Origin: a virus
Lineage: Duplodnaviria; Caudoviricetes
Strand: one strand, 5' to 3'
IMG/VR virus record: IMGVR_UViG_3300020599_000015
Span: 1 to 36,052 of that record
Length of the DNA stretch: 36,052 nt
The position numbers and the translations under genes were made by a program. Below are positions 32,551 through 36,052 of the stretch, one piece after another; within the stretch, counting starts at the first letter, position 1, and the number at the start of each line of letters is the position of its first letter. The notes beneath the pieces are model-generated. The model saw only the letters and a list, made by a program, of their open reading frames with translations. It did not search any database and was not told the DNA's origin.

Positions 32551-33213
32551 ATGGACCTGTCGCACGGCGACGGGCGGCTGATTATTGCCGCCTGCAAGAA
32601 GCACGGCTTGCTGCGCAACCAGTGCGCCTATGTGCTGGCCACGGCCTATCACGAGACGGCCGGCACCATGAAGCCGGTGCGCGAGACGCTGGCGAATTCC
32701 GACGCCAAGGCAAAGGAACTGCTCACCAAGGCGTGGAAGGCCGGAAAGATGAAGTGGGTGACGCGCGACTACTGGTCGGGCGGGTTCTTCGGCCGGGGAT
32801 ATGTCCAGCTTACCCATGAGGAGAATTATCGGAAGGCAGGGCAGAAGCTGGGCATCGATCTGGTCGGCAATCCGTCGAAGGCACTGGAGCCGGCCATTGC
32901 TGCCGAAATCCTCGTTCTGGGCATGCGCGACGGCTGGTTCACGGGCAAGAAGCTGTCCGACTACATCACCCTGACCAGGAGCGATTACACGTGGGCGCGC
33001 CGGATCGTGAACGGTACGGATCGGGCCGATCTCATTGCTGGCTACGCCAAGGCCTTCAACGCGCTTCTGCTGGCGGAAGGGTATGGCGTGGATCGGCAAT
33101 CCCCTTCGGCCGGGCCCGAGCCGCAGGCATCCGCGCGCCAGCCGGCGCCAGCGCGCGGCTTTTGGGCCGTCATCCTCGCAATCTTCACCAAGCTTTTCGG
33201 CAAAGGAGCCTGA
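32551..33213 (+). CDS. Endolysin, glycoside hydrolase family 19
   Basis: AYVLATAYHET...P.RE, FGRGYVQLT..ENY, ARRIVNG.DRA. Confidence 0.9.
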   Translation: MDLSHGDGRLIIAACKKHGLLRNQCAYVLATAYHETAGTMKPVRETLANSDAKAKELLTKAWKAGKMKWVTRDYWSGGFFGRGYVQLTHEENYRKAGQKLGIDLVGNPSKALEPAIAAEILVLGMRDGWFTGKKLSDYITLTRSDYTWARRIVNGTDRADLIAGYAKAFNALLLAEGYGVDRQSPSAGPEPQASARQPAPARGFWAVILAIFTKLFGKGA

Positions 33214-33214
33214 C

Positions 33215-33415
33215 ATGGGGCCCCTTCTTCGTATCGTCGCCCGCGTCGCGGCGGGTTTTCTCATCGGCCGTGGCTGGGTCAGCCTCGATACCGTCGACCA
33301 GGTGTTCAACGATCCAGCCAGTGATGCCGCATTTGAGATCATTGCAGGCGGCATCGTGTGGGTGGGCACCGAGGGCTTTTACCTGCTCGCCAAGCGCCTT
33401 GGATGGCGAACATGA
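33215..33415 (+). CDS. Holin candidate
   Basis: AAGGAG RBS; 66 aa, two hydrophobic segments, basic C-terminus AKRLGWRT. Confidence 0.7.
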   Translation: MGPLLRIVARVAAGFLIGRGWVSLDTVDQVFNDPASDAAFEIIAGGIVWVGTEGFYLLAKRLGWRT

Positions 33416-33678
33416 CCGGTCTGCTCACCGCCCTCATATCCGATGCCGGCGGCTATCTGATCGCGGCCGGCATCGGCATCCTCACCATCATCGCGACCTA
33501 CCTCCGCGGCCGTGCATCCGGCGCGCTGCGGGAACGTGACAGGCAGGCAGCGAGTGAAAGGGACAGCTATGCTGAACATATCAAGGATATCGAGCGCGCT
33601 GCCGCTGCTGGCCGTGCTGTGCGGCCTGACGATGGCGGGATGCAGTCAGACCCCAACAATCGCGACAACACGCGCTGA
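33412..33678 (+). CDS. i-spanin (Rz-like)
   Basis: N-terminal TM then helical periplasmic segment; overlapped by a lipoprotein gene. Confidence 0.7.
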   Translation: MTGLLTALISDAGGYLIAAGIGILTIIATYLRGRASGALRERDRQAASERDSYAEHIKDIERAAAAGRAVRPDDGGMQSDPNNRDNTR

Positions 33679-33787
33679 ATGCGCCGTCTGGCCGGTCGTC
33701 ACCTATTCAACCAGCAAGGATAGCGCCCAGACGGTGCTTGAGGCGAGACGGGCAAATGCAGCGAGGGACGTGTGGTGCCGGAAATAG
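33569..33787 (+). CDS. o-spanin (Rz1-like lipoprotein)
   Basis: Signal LPLLAVLCGLTMAG-C lipobox; +1 overlap with the i-spanin; two further Cys. Confidence 0.75.
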   Translation: MLNISRISSALPLLAVLCGLTMAGCSQTPTIATTRAECAVWPVVTYSTSKDSAQTVLEARRANAARDVWCRK

Positions 33788-33857
33788 CTGATGCCGTCCT
33801 GTGCGCCGGCGTGATCCTGCTGGCAATAATCCTCGTCGCCGTTGTCCGGAGGCCGCT

Positions 33858-34220
33858 TTGACCAGAGAAACAATTGCCGAGCGCCAAGTGCGGCTGGAAG
33901 AGCAGATCAAGGCGCTAGTGGCTGCCATTGCGACCCTCGTCGACCAGGGCAAGGAGGCAGCGGAAAGCCGGCGCCGTGGCTACCAGGCGCAGGAAGAAAC
34001 CCGGATCGAGATCATCAATATGAAGCACCGGCTCGACGGGCTTGAGCGCTCGGTCGAGGGGATCAAACCGACCACGGTCGAACTGGAGCGGGTGCGGGAC
34101 CGCGTCATCTTTGCCGGAAAGCTCGGACAAGGGCTTTGGACGGTTGGAAAAATGATCCTCGCTGCGGCGGCCGGCGCTGCTTCGGCCTGGTACGCGATGA
34201 CGGGCAGGCCGCCACCGTAA
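33858..34220 (+). CDS. DUF1515-like coiled-coil protein with C-terminal TM
   Basis: TTG after GGAGG; EAAESRRR.Y motif; hydrophobic C-terminus; lysis-region position. Confidence 0.65.
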   Translation: MTRETIAERQVRLEEQIKALVAAIATLVDQGKEAAESRRRGYQAQEETRIEIINMKHRLDGLERSVEGIKPTTVELERVRDRVIFAGKLGQGLWTVGKMILAAAAGAASAWYAMTGRPPP

Positions 34221-34286
34221 GATTCGTCATGTGGCTGACTCGCCTGCCAATCTTTGCTATCTGCACCTTGGCGGGCGGGCTTAAAA

Positions 34287-35363
34287 TTGAAGTATCAATC
34301 TTTCGATCAAAAAGCACGGAATCAGCGATGTGCACGGCTCAGATGGCGGCGTACCGTCCTGAGGCGAGGGAGGAAGCACGCCGCTAGTGTTGAAATCAGA
34401 ATAAGCCCCCCAGCAATATTAAGTTTTTCGAAGAACTTCAGAGAGACTATCGCATTTTTGGACCGTTTTCGCTCGGAGGCCCTTCATGAGAACGGTAAGA
34501 ATAAGAGAATTTATGTAGACTTAGTCCCGGTAAAGGAGCTTTCGGTACCGGTCGCGATAGTTCTTTCAGCAGAGTTTCACCGATGGTCTTTGATAAGGAA
34601 GACGCGCCTTAGGCCGCGCAACTCTCATCTCTGGTCTCCGGAAGTTAGAAGCCTACTGGATGATTTGGGAGTTTTTGATCTTCTTCAAATCGGAGCCGTT
34701 CGCGGACGTGACACCTGGACTGATACCGTAACGCTTACTCAGTTGGAATCTGGTGAAAGTTTTGACGGTGAGAAAATCAACGAGTTGCAAGTTCACTTTG
34801 CTCAATCGCTAGCTGGCTTTACAAGCCGCCCACAGGTTTTTGAAGGGCTGATGGAGGCTGCTGAAAACGCGATAGCTCACGCTTATCCAAGTGAATATGA
34901 ACCTGATCACCCATTTGCCGGGCATCGTTGGTGGGGCGCGAGTTGCCTTGACATGGCAGCAGGTCGCCTACGGTTCTTCATTTTCGATCAAGGCGCTGGC
35001 ATCCCGTTCACTCTTCCGAAAGGTCCACTATGGGAACGTATTCTCTCAGCTGTATCTGCAGGTACAGGAGGCCTCATTTCCGATGATGCGCACATGCTGA
35101 AAGCAGCCTTTGAAGTCGGGCGCACCAGCACAGGGCTTGAACATCGCGGACTGGGGTTGAAGCGCATGGCGGATGTTGTCCGCGGCTCTGAGACTGGGTA
35201 CCTGCGGATCATCAGTGGGCGTGCCGAAATCACGCATCATCATAATGACAGGATTGTCACGAACGGGTTGCCGTCACATATTGGTGGCACACTTATAGAG
35301 TGGAGCCTGCCGTCGGACGTTTTTACGGATAGCATCGAGGATGAAGGCCATGCGAACTATTAA
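34287..35363 (+). CDS. GHKL/HATPase-fold ATP-binding protein (start uncertain)
   Basis: N box EAAENAIAHAY, G1 FDQGAGIP, G2 TS....RGLGL, GTLIEW; no HisKA segment; N-terminal STAS-like region (IYVDL..V.ELSV). Confidence 0.8.
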   Translation: MKYQSFDQKARNQRCARLRWRRTVLRRGRKHAASVEIRISPPAILSFSKNFRETIAFLDRFRSEALHENGKNKRIYVDLVPVKELSVPVAIVLSAEFHRWSLIRKTRLRPRNSHLWSPEVRSLLDDLGVFDLLQIGAVRGRDTWTDTVTLTQLESGESFDGEKINELQVHFAQSLAGFTSRPQVFEGLMEAAENAIAHAYPSEYEPDHPFAGHRWWGASCLDMAAGRLRFFIFDQGAGIPFTLPKGPLWERILSAVSAGTGGLISDDAHMLKAAFEVGRTSTGLEHRGLGLKRMADVVRGSETGYLRIISGRAEITHHHNDRIVTNGLPSHIGGTLIEWSLPSDVFTDSIEDEGHANY

Positions 35364-35676
35364 TGTTGCAGACCTCTTCCCCTTTCCTGGAGGACGTTAC
35401 CGTAGACATGGAAAGGGAAGCGGTCAGGAGTTCCGAGAGGATTACCTTATGCCGGTTCTCAAAACCCATGACCAAGTGCGTATCGTCTTGGACGGCGCAA
35501 GTGGCTACCCCCCTTCTTTCCTGGAGGAGGCATTTGGTGGCTTGATACGAGAAGGGTTCTCGGCTGAAGAGGTTCGAAAAAGCTTACATATTGCTGCTGG
35601 TCCGGCTTTTGAGGCGTATGTACGTATGATCTGGGACTACGTAGATAAAGCGAACCGGGCCCAAGTTGGACACTGA
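35350..35676 (+). CDS. STAS-like DUF4325 protein
   Basis: GGRY...G..SGQEFRE..L...V..DG..GY..SFLEEAFGGL. Confidence 0.85.
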   Translation: MRTINVADLFPFPGGRYRRHGKGSGQEFREDYLMPVLKTHDQVRIVLDGASGYPPSFLEEAFGGLIREGFSAEEVRKSLHIAAGPAFEAYVRMIWDYVDKANRAQVGH

Positions 35677-35939
35677 CTCGATAGCATCTGTTGTTCAAAC
35701 TCTGATTGCCGCCGGCGTAGGCGCGTTACTCGCCAATTTTTTTGCGGAATTGGTGAAAGGTTACGTGCGTCGGAGCCAATTTCGTGAGGCGTCCCGCGAC
35801 GATGACTTGGCGTCTATGCTCTCGATGGTTGACCAACTCGATACCTTGGCTACCGAATACTGGACATCATCCGCGGCTGAGCTTGGCGAGCGAGACACCA
35901 TTCTAAGGGCAAAAATTGTGTCAAGGCAGCAGCACCTAC
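35666..35939 (+). pseudogene. N-terminal-TM protein interrupted by IS3
   Basis: TM IASVVQTLIAAGVGALLANFFA, then helical LATEYW; frame runs into the IS end at 35940. Confidence 0.7.
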
Positions 35940-36052
35940 TGGTCTGCCCCCTGAAAAGTGGTCCTCATTGAGTTAGGCTATTGAGCCTTGGAGAGGACTT
36001 TGGAATGCCCCAGAAGAAGCACAAGCCGGAAGAGATTGTCGCGAAGCTGCGC
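35940..36052 (+). mobile_element. IS3-family element, left end (partial)
   Basis: IRL starts TGGTCTGCCCCCTGAAAAGTGGTCC; OrfA follows. Confidence 0.88.
36005..36052 (+). CDS. IS3 transposase OrfA, N-terminus (partial)
   Basis: GAGGA RBS; MPQKKHKPEEIVAKLR. Confidence 0.85.
   Translation, partial: MPQKKHKPEEIVAKLR

Larger units (their letters stand above)
1..35939. mobile_element. Temperate HK97-like siphovirus prophage (att sites not visible; left end outside the window)
   Basis: Canonical lambdoid order int-xis-early-cI/cro-cII-rep-antiterminator-HNH-terminase-portal-protease-capsid-tail-lysis. Confidence 0.97.

Overview
The window holds a nearly complete temperate, HK97-like siphovirus prophage. 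Gene families (DUF982, GcrA-like, DUF1515, GTA-gp10-like chaperone) and promoter motifs point to an alphaproteobacterial, probably Rhizobiales, host. The order is: integrase N-terminus (runs off the left edge) and excisionase; a leftward early operon carrying two sense-inverted morons; a lambda-like immunity region (PL/OL, HIRAN moron, cI, OR/PR, cro); a hairpin-rich segment with an atypical tRNA-Met(CAT); cII; a host-mimic cassette (GcrA C-terminal domain, ParB-MT-A70 methylase, DnaN beta clamp, C5 methylase); an iteron-bearing replication initiator; a NusG-like antiterminator; HNH/cos/terminase; head, tail and an SGNH-tipped fibre; GH19 endolysin, holin and spanins. At the right end is an AT-richer three-gene module (GHKL ATPase/kinase, STAS-like DUF4325, membrane protein) whose third gene is cut by an IS3 element. 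The best candidates for undescribed biology are that kinase-STAS-membrane module, the hybrid tRNA/hairpin array, the GcrA/DnaN/methylase cassette, and two apparently paralogous unknown morons 24 kb apart. All calls come from motif recognition by eye; no database searches were run.
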